Assembly (NCBI RefSeq): GCF_009914755.1
Contig: NC_060938.1
Direction: 5' to 3' (one strand)
Length of the DNA stretch: 64,000 nucleotides
From: the human T2T-CHM13v2.0 reference genome, Homo sapiens
A program made the position numbers and the translations under genes. The notes under the pieces were generated by a model that had not been told where the DNA came from, searched no databases, and was given only the letters and a program-made list of their open reading frames with translations. Positions 25,689-38,717 of this stretch are shown here, in pieces. Within the stretch, counting starts at the first letter, position 1, and every line of letters begins with the position of its first letter.

Positions 25689-27959
25689 GTAAGTATTCCA
25701 AGGCCAGAGAAGTGAAAATGTTCACAGCAGCTCTGGAAGAGAGGAACTCAGAAACCTCTGGGCACCTTCTGGATGGAGCCCATTGCCTCCACATCCAAAC
25801 ATGGACCATGTATTGCTACAAAGGAAGCAATAGTGTGCTCCACGGAAGGCCCGGGCTGCTGCCGGTCCCTCCAGAGTTCACGGCTGGGCATGATGAGACC
25901 AACCTCTCTCACCCTGGCCGCTTCTCTAGCCAGTGGGAGGGCAGAGGCTGGCAGAAAAGCCTCCGTCTGCCTTGTTGACTCTGCCGGGTTCAGAGAGGGC
26001 TTCACATTTGACTTGGCGAAGGAGAGAAGTTCTTTATTTCCCTCAGCCTCAGGTCTGCCAAGCCCAAGGCTGAGGTGAGCAGTTTTCTCCTCCGTCTCTC
26101 ATTGCCACATCATTACCTGCAGAGTTCAATGAAAAGCCCCATCCAGAATGGGCCAAGCCGAGCCTGCAATGGGCTTGTTCTCTCCTCGGGGCGTGCTCCT
26201 TCTTCCCCTCCAGCTCAGCCTGCCAGGCCTTCCCAGTGATACTGCGAGCTGGGTTTTTCTTTCTTCCCGCCCCCCAAGTCCAGAGCCCAGTTATTTACCC
26301 AAAGAAAACAGGGAAGTGACAAGGTAACAGAGTACACATGTTGTGAAAATATGCAGGCTGGGGCTGAAGAAAAGAAAACATTCTTCCATAAGTAGCTGCC
26401 TTGTTAATTCATTTTTTTCTCCAGATTAGAACCAGCCATTTCTTGTGTGCCTTCAAGCACCTTCTGTGGTTTCCTGACAGCTGCCTGCAAGGGGTGAGAT
26501 TTGGCTTGAAAAATGGGCCATCGGTCATGCTTCGGGGGAAGGGCAGAAACCAAAATTCCCAGATTGCTCAAATTCACTGCTCCTTTTCTAAATGGGAACG
26601 AAAGAGGGAGAGGTGGTGGGGAGAGGACTGTATAAACTCTGAGGCGTAACCTGATTTTCCGTAAGAAACGACAGCTCGGTAATGAGCAGTCCTTGGAACG
26701 TGCTTTTTTACCTCCTCTTGAAGTTGGTTTCCGATCCCTGGCAAGCCTGTGCTCTGCAGCCTTGAGTAACGGCCACAGGCCGATTCTCGGCAATTAAAAA
26801 TAATATTGGCCCTGATAGAGAACTCTTGGGTGCTCCCCCACACATACACACCCTTTTCATTATGTGCCAAAGATCACTTTCCCAAACCTGTTTCGGAACA
26901 GCTGGCCGCACTAGAGGGCCTGCATGGGCTGGGGGAGGCTGGGGTTATTAATAGCATTTGCTCTGCCCGGTGTTTGGGGCAGGAAAGGGGTGATTTGCGT
27001 CTTTTTGGAAGGCTAGGCCCTCATCAGTTTGGGCCTGATTTTTCTGCGCTGGATCCTTTAAACCTCAGGGCCTACCAAGAATGGTTGAGAAAGCCTGAAG
27101 AGAGGCTCTCTGCGGCCAATATCCCTTCGGTACAAATCTTCGTGCTTCTCATTATTTCCCTCGTCAACAGTCTCCGTCTCCTTTGCAGCCTGTGGGTATT
27201 GGCCTGCAGCTTGGCTGGTCTCCTTTTGGGAGAGGTCATGCCGCACAGGCCTAGCCGGCCCCTGTTAGCATTGCTGTGGTGCTTTCTGTTAACGAGAGGC
27301 CACTGAAGCTGGGCGATGCCTCCCAGCAGGGGACGGGCTTGTGAGAAGGAGCTGCTTGTTGTTGCCCTTCCCCAGAGAGGAAGCCGAGTGCAGGCCTGAG
27401 CGGGCAGCTGGGGTTGGAGAAGCTTCACGATCCCTTACTTATGGCCACAGAGTTCATCAGCTTCCCACGACCAGCACCCATAGCCTTAACCCCGGGGTGG
27501 GTGGAAACTCTGCTATCTCCTCACAGGGCTCCCCACCACCACAAGGGCACCTTCCCAAGAGCCCAGGAGAGGGCTGGCTTTCAGGCCTGGTGTGGTGTTG
27601 ATAATCAGGTCGGGTTGAGCTGAAATGGAAAACCTTGAGAGTGAGGTGGATGGTGGGCTCCAGGCTGGCATCTCCCACTGAAAGAGCCGGGTCGCAGAGA
27701 CACACTCAACAAGTGCCAGTGGCCTGGCTGGCTGAGGGGACCTCAGAGCACCAGTGTTTGGGACCGGGGCTGGGAAGGCCCTGCCATCCACCCTAGTGAC
27801 ATCCGTCATGTGGCCACCAGGTTCCCACTGGGTGAACACAGCCTCTCCCCTCACTGAGCCAGATTCCAGCCTCCGGCCATAGGTGAAAGACAATTTCCGA
27901 TTATTGTTTTCAAACATTCTACATCCAGCGCATAAAAACACAATAGTGACAGGAAAAAT

Positions 27960-27998
27960 ACACACACACACATACACACACACACACCCCACATGCAC
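27960..27998. repeat. Imperfect (CA)n
   Basis: acacacacacacatacacacacacacaccccacatgcac. Confidence 0.85.
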
Positions 27999-28345
27999 AC
28001 AACACAAAGGTTTAAGCACTCACTATAAGAAGGTCAGGGGACCCTTTTCTCATTCCAGTCCTTGATGTGGATCCAAGGGAAGCAGTGCCTTTGAAGTCAG
28101 CAGCAACCGCAGCAGGCTCAGCTGTGAGGGTGTGGACAGGGAGGCAGACAGGATGTGCTGCCTTATCAGGGCCCAATCTAAGGCCCTCCTGTAAGGACCA
28201 AGCTTCCTCCAGCAAAAGGTGACTTAGAGGTGTTTGTTCAATAATGCGAGGAGACTCATTACAACCCTGGGGCACTTGGGATCTGGCTCTCTCAGAGCCA
28301 AGCCTTTCTGTTTGGAGTTTTGCACAGCCCTTTAAGAGGAGACTT

Positions 28346-28374
28346 CAGAGTGAGACTCTGTCTCAAAAAAAAAA
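28346..28374 (+). mobile_element. Isolated Alu 3'-terminal remnant
   Basis: CAGAGTGAGACTCTGTCTC followed by A10. Confidence 0.7.
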
Positions 28375-29893
28375 GAAGTTCTTTCTTACATTGAGGTGGA
28401 ATCTGCCACTCCATGACTTTGATTCATTGACCCAGTTTTGCAATAATTCTCAAGAGCTGGGAAGAAGTATAGCCAGATTTCAATACCAGGGAGAGCAGGC
28501 AGAGAAAGAGAGCTAATCTCCTTTACCCCGTCCTTGCTGCTGTCTCTGTCTCATGGTTGATTATTAATATATTGATTACATTTTGAACAGACTGACACTT
28601 GCTTTCACCCTAATGTATTTTCATGAAATACTTAACATCTTCATGTCAATATTATCTTATAAAACACTGCTGAAAAGGTGCATGTTGGAGAATGGTGTCT
28701 CACTCCATCCAGTTCTCCCAGTGCAACTGGGGAGGGTATCTGGATCTTTTCCCTGGAGGTGTCTGGCCACTCTCATCCCCGCCGGGCTCCAATGTGGCCA
28801 CAAGCCACTCTTGCTGAAGGAAGTGTGTCTGCTTTTATACCTTGGGTATGTTGGGGTAGAAAGCTTTAGGACCATTCTTCTAGAATAAGGTAAACTTGCT
28901 CCCTCTTCTTGGTGCCAAGCCACCTCACTTCGCTGGGCCTTGTCACTCTTCACCCTCTCTCCTGATTTCTCCAGGTTAAGCAGCTCCAGGACTCATCTTT
29001 CTCTGTACCTGCTGAGAAACTAACTTTACATAGCTTTTTACTAGAATGTTTGCTCTGTGAGGTCGGGGAGTGTGTCTGTTTTCTTTACTGCTCTGTCCTC
29101 AGAGTCTACAAGTATTTGCTGAATGACTGCTGACTGGTTTCCCAGGTGTAGCTGACAAAACCCTATCTTCAGCTCTTACACTCTGTGAGGAAACTCTGGA
29201 GAATTAATAAGAAGGTGAACCTGGTCTATTTCCCATAGAATTGTCTGATTCATCCCCTTTGTTAGTAATTAGAAGAACAACGTCAAGGCCAAATTTCAAA
29301 CAGCAAGTCAGCAGCAAATCCAGGCAAACCCCTCAAACTTGAGCACTGCTTGTCTTGTATGCCCTGTTATGCCAGCTTCATTCAAATGGTGACCTTGATC
29401 CAACTGAGGAAGCTCATACTCAGGAAGCACTATAGGATCTCATTACCACTGCCAGATTGACCACTGTCTTCTACAGCTCTGTTCATGGACAGTCCAGGGC
29501 TCACAGCATACACCTACCAAGCTGGGAGAAACCCCCCCGGTGCCTCAGTGACTGGGGGCATGCTTGGATTGCTTTTCTCTCTGAAGTCTCATCAAATCCC
29601 ACTTTCATGATGTCACTTCTCAGCCCTAGAAGCTACAAGACTTCCTTGTGTTCTCCAACACCAAATCCCAATTTCTCTGCTTGGCTTTCAAGATTCTTCA
29701 TTATCTGGCCCCAACTTGCCTATCAAACCTTCTTTCTTATTACTCTTCAATGCATTCTCTCTTCTACCAGCAATGGCCAGGCCATGGGTTTATTGCTTTC
29801 CCTGTGTATTTTGCTTACTTCTTTTTCAATATGCTTGTTTTGTTAATATCCCAAATAGGCTCATACCTTCTTTTTTAAAAATTCAACTTTACT

Positions 29894-30192
29894 GGCCGGC
29901 ACGGTGGCTCACGCCTATAATCCCAGCACTTTGGAAGGCCGAGGCGGGTGGATCACGAGGTCAGGAGTTCCAGACCAGCCTGGCTGAGATGATGAAACCC
30001 TGTCTCTACTAAAAATACAAAAAATTAGCTGGGCGCAGTGGCAGGCGCCTGTAATCCTAGCTACTCGGGAGGCTGAGGCAGGAGAATCGCTTGAACTTGG
30101 ACAGCAGAGGTTGCAGTGAGCCAAGATCGCGGCCACTGCACTCCAGCCTGGGTGACAGAGTAAGACTCTGTCTCAGAAAGAAAAAAAAAAAA
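29894..30192 (+). mobile_element. AluS (Sg-like)
   Basis: GGATCACGAGGTCAGGAGTTC. TSD AAAAATTCAACTTTA (29877-29891, 30188-30202). Confidence 0.93.
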
Positions 30193-30197
30193 TTCAA

Positions 30198-30520
30198 CTT
30201 TATTTTTTAGAGTGGTTTTAGGTTCATAGCAAAATACAGCAGAAAGCACAGAGAGTTCTCATATACCCCTGTCCCCCAACATGTACAGCCTTTTCCTCTC
30301 TCAACATCCCACACCAGAGTGGTACATTTGTTACAACTGATGAACCTACACTGACATCATTGTCATCCAAAGTCCATGGTTTACATTAGGGTTCACACTT
30401 GGTATTGTATATTCTATGGGTTTGTTACCACATGTTTATATGGTAACACCATGTATCCACCACTACAGTATCATACAGAGTAGTTTTTCACTGCCCTAAA
30501 AATCCTCTGTGCTCTGTGTA
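30198..30520 (-). mobile_element. L1MC1/2-like 3' end
   Basis: TTTTAGGTTCATAGCAAAAT...CCAGAGTGGTACATTTGTTACAA.TGATGAACCTACACTGACA...CACTGCCCTAAAAATCCTCTGTGCTC. Confidence 0.85.
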
Positions 30521-30784
30521 TACCTACTTTTTATCATCTGTTTTCTACCCCAGTCATCACGGACAATGCAAGTTCTACCTTCCTCACGAAGTCTTTCCCA
30601 GTGACTGTAATCTGCATAGATCTCCCTCTTCCCAGGATCCTTGCTGTACCCACAAGAAGAACACCCTTGGCTGTGCCATTATTGTCTCCTCCTTTCATAT
30701 TAGCCCCATCTCTGTAAGTAGATTTTAAGCTCCTGGTACTTGGATTCTACCATAGTGCCTGGCCTGTGGCAGGAGTTCCATATG

Positions 30785-30868
30785 CAGGGCTGACATATTG
30801 CATAGTTCCAGGGGTCCCGTTCACATGATATGAATGGGGCCCCTGGAGTTACACAAGTTATAGCCCTG
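30785..30868. mobile_element. MER91-like palindromic hAT-Tip100 MITE
   Basis: CAGGGC...GCCCTG termini. Internal hairpin TCCAGGGGTCCCGTTCA/TGAATGGGGCCCCTGGA. 8-bp TSD TCCATATG/TCCATAAG. Confidence 0.75.
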
Positions 30869-30939
30869 TCCATAAGTCCTTGGTGATTGAATAAAACTCA
30901 TTCCAGGACCTGAAAAAGAAACAATTATTGTGATCATGG

Positions 30940-31260
30940 TTCAGTTCAAATCTTCAGGTGATTATTGAACAGCTACTATGTACTAACCACCAATGATACA
31001 AAAAATGAATAAAATGGCTGTTCCTACCCTCTGAGAAACTATAGTCTTGCGACACAGAAAGGTAAGCAAACAGATCACCATAATACAATGTGAAAAGTGC
31101 TAAGATAGAAACATGGGTAAAGGAGATGGCACTTGATGTGTAGCCTGAAGGATTCATAGGAATTTGCCAGGTAGGTGAGTGGGTGGAGAATATTCCAGCA
31201 AAAAGGGACATCATTGGCAAAGTGAAAATACATGGTACATTTCAGAGAGCTGCAAGTGGT
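30940..31260 (-). mobile_element. L2 fragment
   Basis: TTATTGAAC.GCTACTATGT...GCCTGAAGGAT..ATAGGAATTTGCCAGGTAG...ATTCCAGCA. Confidence 0.7.
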
Positions 31261-33748
31261 ACAGCTTATTTTCTGATGATAAAACCAGAAGCCCAGTGGT
31301 TAAATTGCCTGTGGTCCCCAAGCAAACCTGTACCAGACCATTGGCATGATAGGATTGTGTGTATCACCTGCACTTACTGCTTCTGGAATCAAAAAGAAAG
31401 AATAGAGCCCTATCTTTCCTGGCCATCCCTTGCTCTTCCAAGGGCTGGGTGGAGTTAAGACACAGAACTTCCTTGTATTTTTTTCATATACACTACCCTG
31501 TGTTGCTCTGTGCACAATAGGGTGTACCATTCAAGCAGTGGAATTGGATCCCTCTAGAACCCTCACTGGGCAACCTCAGGAACGGGCAGCCATTTTCAAC
31601 AAGCTTTCCTTCAAAGCTTGCACTGTTTTTGGCCTACCTCATAAGTTCTTCTTCTTCCTCGTCCTCCCTTTCTTCTTCCTCTGCCCTCTCTTTGCCTTCT
31701 TTCTCATCTTTTTTGATATTTTGGATGCAAGAAGTCTGGTTAATTGATAAAACCCAGTGTGGGCAAAAATAGAGTTGTTTCTTCCCCCTGCATGGCTTCC
31801 TCTCCCCAACCCAGTTGCTAAGTGGTCATTGGCCACCATATTGGAATTTAGATGTGGCTGGGCTTCCACAATGCATGGTCCAATCTCAGAGTGTGTTGAA
31901 GGGCTTTGGGGTCTGGTTGGATAAAACAGCTGAGGCCCAATGTTGTGGTTCTTGGCACCTCTCATTTCCCCTTTCTGTATTTCCCTTCGGCATCATCAGC
32001 AGGATTTTGTTTAAGGCTTCTGGAGCTTGTCTTTGTTTCACCCGGGAAAGTCCCTGCAGGGAGAGCTAAGATCTCCCCGGAGGAATGGGCCAGAGCCCTG
32101 ACCTCTGTCACCCAAATTGTTTAGGAGAAGCAGCCCCCATAGGGGTTAGGAGGGTGATCAATTGGCAACTTAAGGAGTAAAGGCCTCTCTCTCCCTCTTC
32201 TCCCTCTGCTTATTGTGCTCAGAAGGGCAACAGGGTCAGCAGCAGCAAACTGAGGGGCCAACTCACCACGCCTTGAAAGAGGCTCGTTTTGTGTTTCAGT
32301 AATGAGCGCTCTTTCTCCCCTTGGATGCACTCAAATTTCACAAGTTACAGGGAACCTGTCAACTGCTGTTTTCATTGTATGGGGCTCACAGGGAACTTGG
32401 ATATAGGGCAAGCTTGTTTCAAAGAAAGCAGGGGAAAGAAAAGTCCTGAATAGCTGCAATGTGCTGTCATATGCAGATCACAGCCCCAGTTGCTATGGGA
32501 CACCTCTGCCCGCAGAGAGGGCAAGATGCCGAACGTCCCTTATTGATGTGATTGCCTCCTTGGAGATGGGAATGCCCCTCTAAAAGGGCCAGGCTAGGAG
32601 CCGACAGCACCACGGGCTCTCGGGTTTGCCATGGAACCGGGCCTGAAGCAGCCTGCATCCCAGCAGCCTCTGCCTTCCCACTGGCTGTTCAGTAGGGAGC
32701 CCCCCAACCCAGGGGCTGAGGGAACAGGCCAAGCTAACCCTGGAAAAGTGAGGAGAGGCAGGTGGGAAGGGTCCCTTTTTGCGGGGCACAAGCCTTTGCT
32801 CATAGAAGGGCTACTGGAGGGCATGGTTGTGAACCAGGCCTGATGTTAAAGACAGGTTTCACCTTCTTTGTTTGTCTTGCCCTCTGAGAACACTTGGCAA
32901 TAACATTCCTTTCCTGACAGGCTCATTTTGTAGCTGACGGACATTGTTTTCTTTCCCCTGTTTACCTAATGTGGCCCAGAGTAACAGAACAGGCTGTGCC
33001 AGCGAGAGAGGAGAGTGAGCCTCCCCAGTGGCTCCTGGGTCCCCATACCCAGGTCCCTCTGCCCTGAGCTCCTTGTCTTGCATCTGTTTGCCCCACCTGT
33101 GGGAACAGGGACTACCCAGAGGGCTGTCCTGCCTGGAATCAAGCACTGGCAGGACCTGGGTCAGGGGAGCCTGCGATTAGGAGAGGGCCCAGAATTATGA
33201 CTCTCTCCCCGGGGTCATTTGACTGCAAGGTTAGAAGGCCTGAGATCAAACAAGGCTATGAGAAACCAGCCTTGTCACTTTGCATAGGATAGACCAGTGG
33301 GAGCCAAGATTGGAGGCATCTGAAGGTCACTGTAGGACCTTAAAAATACCAGGGGAGGGTACTGTGAGAAACAGATTCCCATCAACTGTTTACTAAACAC
33401 TCTATGCTATTTAAAGGGACAAAGGCATGGCCAGGTCCTATCATCAGGGAGTCTAAATCTGGGGTCTGCAGCTGAGCCAGGAGGGGGGTCCAGTGCCCTT
33501 GGCAGCCTGCTGTAACCTTCTGACCCTCTGTGTCCAGCCCCCATCCCCATTTTTACCTCCAGCCAAGCTTCCCCCTATGGGGGTTAACAGGGTAAATACT
33601 GTCCAGGCCCTTCCCTCAAAGAAGCTGCAAATCTAGTAAGAGAATAATATGTGCGTATATGAAACTATAATTTAAGACACTGTGATCAATAACCTAAAGG
33701 GAAAGGCTCTGAGGACATCCAGGGGTCTTGGGCTCAAAGGCTGGAGCG

Positions 33749-33749
<1 letters not shown>

Positions 33750-33781
<32 letters not shown>

Positions 33782-33809
33782 CACACACACACATGCACAC
33801 ACACACACA
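33750..33809. repeat. (CA)n microsatellite with CATG interruptions
   Basis: Direct reading. Confidence 0.95.
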
Positions 33810-34132
33810 TCAAATCACATATTAGCTCGTGTCTTCATGAGCTTTCCAGTTTGCAAACCGCTCACACATACAGCATTTCCTTTAAACTTCACATCAGCCA
33901 GTGAAGGGGCTTTGTAAGCCTGACATGTAAGATCTAACAACCCTCCCAGAATGATAGAATTGGCAGAGGGGGGAGGCAGAGACTGTCAAGCAATGGCAAG
34001 TTTTCTGATTGGCTGGAACACAGGGCAGGTGACCCCGTGAGCTAAGGTGAAACAACCAGGCTGAAGGCCTTGCATGCTGCAGTGCTGGGTACAACCATGC
34101 CAGTTCAAACCAGATTCAATTTGGTTGGTTAA

Positions 34133-34618
34133 TGTGCCCATTTCCCATTGCTGCCATACAAACTTAGTAGCTTCAACAGTACAAATCAATTACCTGTATA
34201 ATCCTGGAGGTCAGAAGTCCAAAATGGATCTCACTGAGCTAAAATCAGTGTCGTCAGGGCAGTGTTCCCTTCTGGAGGCTGCAGAAAAGAAAGTGTTGTC
34301 TTGTTTTTTCCAGCTTCTAGAGGCCGCCCACATTCCTTGACTCATGGCCCCCTTTCTCTGTCTTCAGAGCCAGCAACATCACAGCTCTCCGACCAATCAT
34401 TCTTCCATTGCCACTTCTCCCTCTGACTTGGATTCCTCTTCTGCCTCCCTCTTCTTCTTTTAGGACCCTTGTGATTACGTTGGGCCAGGACAATGTGCCT
34501 GTTTTAAGGTTAGCTAACTAACAGCCTTAATTCCCTTTTTCCTGTCAGGGAACATGTTTATAGGCTTCAGGAAATAGGCCGTGGACACCTTTGAGGGGCC
34601 GTTATTCTCCCTACCACA
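34133..34618 (-). mobile_element. MLT1D-like MaLR LTR
   Basis: CTGGAGGTCAGAAGTCCAAAATGGATCTCACTGAGCTAAAATC...CCAGCTTCTAGAGGC.GCCCACATTCCTTG...GGACCCTTGTGATTAC...CCTACCACA. Confidence 0.85.
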
Positions 34619-35692
34619 TATAGTTAGTTGGTTGATTGTTAGTTGTTCAGTTATTGGTTGTTTGGTGTTGGATGGCTGTTTTTTGTTTGTTTGTTTGTTT
34701 TTTGAGAATCTCCTTGGCTCAGGTCCTCACCTGAGAGCCAGATAATCACGTTTGTTAAAAGAAGAGAAAAAATGAGAGTGAGCAGCCGCTAAGGGGAAGA
34801 AGGAGCTACAAGAGGCGGCACAGAAAGTGGACATCGATTTTATTTCGTTGTCCATCATTATCAATCTATAAAGCACAATCCCCAAAACTACAGCACATGC
34901 CATTCTGGGGAAATTTGTTAGCTCACGGACCCCCACAGACCCCAGTGTGTGGCTGTTTCATACGTCATGCAAACAGGCCCTTGGACTCTGTCTCATGTCC
35001 TCTGGCTTAGAAGCAGGGATGTTTGTAATCTACAAACAAAAGGTCGTCTGGCCAACCTTTTGAGATGTAATCTCAAATCCAGATATACTAGTGGGTTCCG
35101 CTAAGTGTCTATTGGTCCCCTAGTGTCTCTCAAACCCACAGTGGGCTTCAGTCTCTCCCAGGCATCAGCCCTAACCCTGTGGCATGGGCCCTGCCCAGCT
35201 GCCTTCCAGACGTCACACCTTGCAGGCTGGACTGTGTCAGCAGCTGCCTTGCTTTCCTTGCTGGAAACCTAAACCTGCTTTTTAAGGAGCCCCTCAAAAC
35301 TCTTGAAATAAGATGTGGGCATTGCTCACTTGCCCTGAGCTGCCCCTTGCAGCTGGGGGGCTGCTTGGTTTGCTCTCTTGGCAAAGCCCCTTGTTTTTAC
35401 TCTGCTGGGGCCCAACTCCTTCCTTCTCTGTTTCCTTGCCTGGGGCTTCTGATTCCAGTAAGCCACCCCAATAACTCCTGCGGTGCCCCCACGGCTCACC
35501 TGCCAAAGCCACTCCCACCTGATCCCAGACTATCCACTCATCCCTGGCCTGTGACTTGTCCCGACCTCCCAGTGGGTCCTGGCTTCTATCACTGACCTTC
35601 TAGGTGGTGACTTCAATCTTGATATGCTCTTCCCCTGCTGACCTTGACTTCCCATCTCCAAATTGCCAGTGTCATATCAATAGCATCACAGC

Positions 35693-35906
35693 ATAATGGC
35701 TAATGCTTCTGAGCTCTTACTACACCTCAGGTACTGTACATGTTTTAGCTCATTTAATCCTCATCACAACCCTAGACAGAACCCTATGAAGAATGGGTAG
35801 TAGCCCATCTTACGCGTGAGGAGACAAAAGCACAGAGAGATGAAACAGCCTACCAAGGGTGCCACAGGTCATATGTGATGGAGTCGGGGAATCAAACCCA
35901 GGCCAG
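35693..35906 (-). mobile_element. MIR
   Basis: CTCATTTAATCCTCA...CCCATCTTAC..GTGAGGAGAC...GCACAGAGAG...CAAACCCAGGC. Confidence 0.75.
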
Positions 35907-35959
35907 GGAGTGTCATCATCCCTCACATCTGGATTTCTGCTACAGTCACCTCATACTAC

Positions 35960-36592
35960 TCTATCTTATTTCCAGTCAACTCCCAGCAGCCAGGGTGAAC
36001 TGTATGTACAATGGATCATGTCCTCCACTGCTCAGAGCCTTCCAGCAGTTCTCACCTCACTCACAGCCTTCCAGCAGCTCTCACCTCACTCATAAAAGCC
36101 AGAGGCTCATGTGGCCCACAGGCCCACGTGGTCGAGCCCTGCTCCTTCTCTACCCCACCTCCTGCTGTGCCCCCTCGCACTCTCCTCCACTCGGCTGCAC
36201 TGGACTCCTTACTGTTTCTCAGAGAAACCAAGCACACCCCTGCCTCGGTGTCCCTGTACTTGCTATTCCTTCCACCTGGATTGCTCCCTGCCTCCTCACT
36301 GCCCATACTTGGCCCATTCCTTTCTTAAGGAGAGCTTTGCTGATGTTCTGCATTTAAGAAACTTAAGACCTACCTTTGCCGACATCCCTACCCAAAGTCT
36401 TCCTATCCCCCTTACCTGGCTTTATTTTTCTCCATATATTTGTCACCAAATAACACATGAGAGCTACCTGTGTTGTTTATTATCTGTCTCTCCCACGGGG
36501 AATAAAGCTTCAGGAGGGCAGCACCCTTGACCACTGCTACGTATCCAGCACTGTGTAGGGCGCCTAGCAGGTCTTTGTTAAATGAGTGGATG
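35960..36592 (+). mobile_element. L2a 3' region
   Basis: CTTGCTATTCCTTCCACCTGGA...CTTTATTTTTCTCCATA...GTATCCAGCAC...TTTGTTAAATGAGTGGATG. Confidence 0.75.
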
Positions 36593-36778
36593 AAGTCTCA
36601 GGACTCCCCTCAGGAGCCTAAGGTTCTGGGAGGCTCCAGACCACCATCCAACCTATATCTGTTCCTGGGCCACCAAGGGGGCAGGCCTTCCATTCAGCCC
36701 GCAGATGAAGACTTTAGCTTCACTTTGGTGCTCAGTTCCCTCTACAGAGCCCGGCAAACAAGAGCATGCAGCACATGA

Positions 36779-37261
<483 letters not shown>

Positions 37262-38717
37262 ACAGCTACTTCCTTCACTATCAGCACCACAGAACACATA
37301 GGTCTTAATTCTCAGCCCTTAAAACCCAGTCCAGCCCACCAGACATTATTTAAAAATAATCCAACTGAGACATCTTTGTGGATCTCTACCAAAAAGATAG
37401 CTTTGTCCTCCCACCCATTGCTTTAGCAGCCTGTATAGGGGCACCCAGAGGGCCAGCCCACCACACCTGGGGCCTCCACTTTGAATCCACCAGGCCCACT
37501 CTAATGGGACAGGGACCTTGGGCCAGCGAAGCAGAAATGTATTACTGCAACAGCCCCGTGGTTTCAGATCCTTGCAGTAGCAGGTTCTGGGCATGTGTCC
37601 CCATCACCCTTCTCCAACAGAAAATAGTTTATTTTTATTTTTTCATGGCTGGCAGCAAGGCAGCACCTGTGGTAACCTCGTTAGTCAATTCCAAGAGCTC
37701 CTCAGAGAAGGGGGAAAGCCTGCCAATTTAGCAAGGATTTTTGGTCTCCAGTAGCTATGAAGTGTGGGGGGGATTGGGGAAATAAGCCCAGGAGCAAGAG
37801 AGGTTGGGGATGAGCAGTCTTCTCATCCAAATCCACTCTGAGGTTAGAGAAGAGGAAAGCACGCCATTGACTGGTTTTCTGATTGCCTTCATACATCCAA
37901 GTATGTTCTCCACAATGACTTTTTCTCTAGTGGGAAGCCATGGAGATGGACTTAGATAATACCAAGTACCATTTCCTGCATGCCTTTTGCAGGCCAGGCA
38001 TTGTGCCAAGCCCTTCAGATGGTGCTCCTCAGTGGGAGCTTCTCAGCCAGGGTTTTCTGTCAAAGATACTGACTCGACAATCCTAGAGGATATGGAGTTT
38101 ATTTATTCCCAACTGGAAAGTGAGGGACTCGAGTCTCTGAGGGGTTAGGTGACTTTCCCAAGTTCTCATAGCTTCTAAATGGTAGGGCCAGAAATCAAAT
38201 GCTGTCTGATGCCAAGGCTTACATGACAAGCTCCCTCCCTGCTCCCTGCTCCCCCTGCCCCTCATTTCTCTGGCAGTCACCAGATTTTATTTTCCCCAGG
38301 ATGAGAATCTGTAAAGGTTTGGGGTCTGGCTGATTTGGACTGAAATGGGCTCTGTGGCCTCTTCCCTGGGTCTTAGGCCCCATTTGAAAAATTGAAATGG
38401 ACCGTTGAATCCCAGAGCCTTGCAGCATGGTAGATTGTGAAATAATTCCATCTCCTCCCCTCTCCCTCCCCAACGCCACACACCCATGGTGAATGGGGAT
38501 TCTCCCAATGAGGAAGGCTCAGCAACTCCCAGGGCCCCTGACCTGTTCATTCTAGAAGCTTCAGGAGCAGCAGTCCCTGCACCCAGGCTCATGCCCCAGT
38601 TGGCAGCCAAGTTCATCCTCTGGACACCAACATAGCTTCAAAAGAGTCAGTGTCAGAAAGCCTCATACTTACCTTACCGTTTAGGGTAGTTTTTATTTTG
38701 AAATACATATAGAAAGA

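Noticed and set aside
31639-31965. ORF with a Lys/Arg-rich, NLS-like tail
   Set aside because: An artefact of the polypyrimidine tract on the opposite strand.
38665-38674. ATACTTACCT matching the U1 snRNA 5' end
   Set aside because: The match stops after 10 nt with no U1 body. It is only a consensus 5' splice site on the minus strand.
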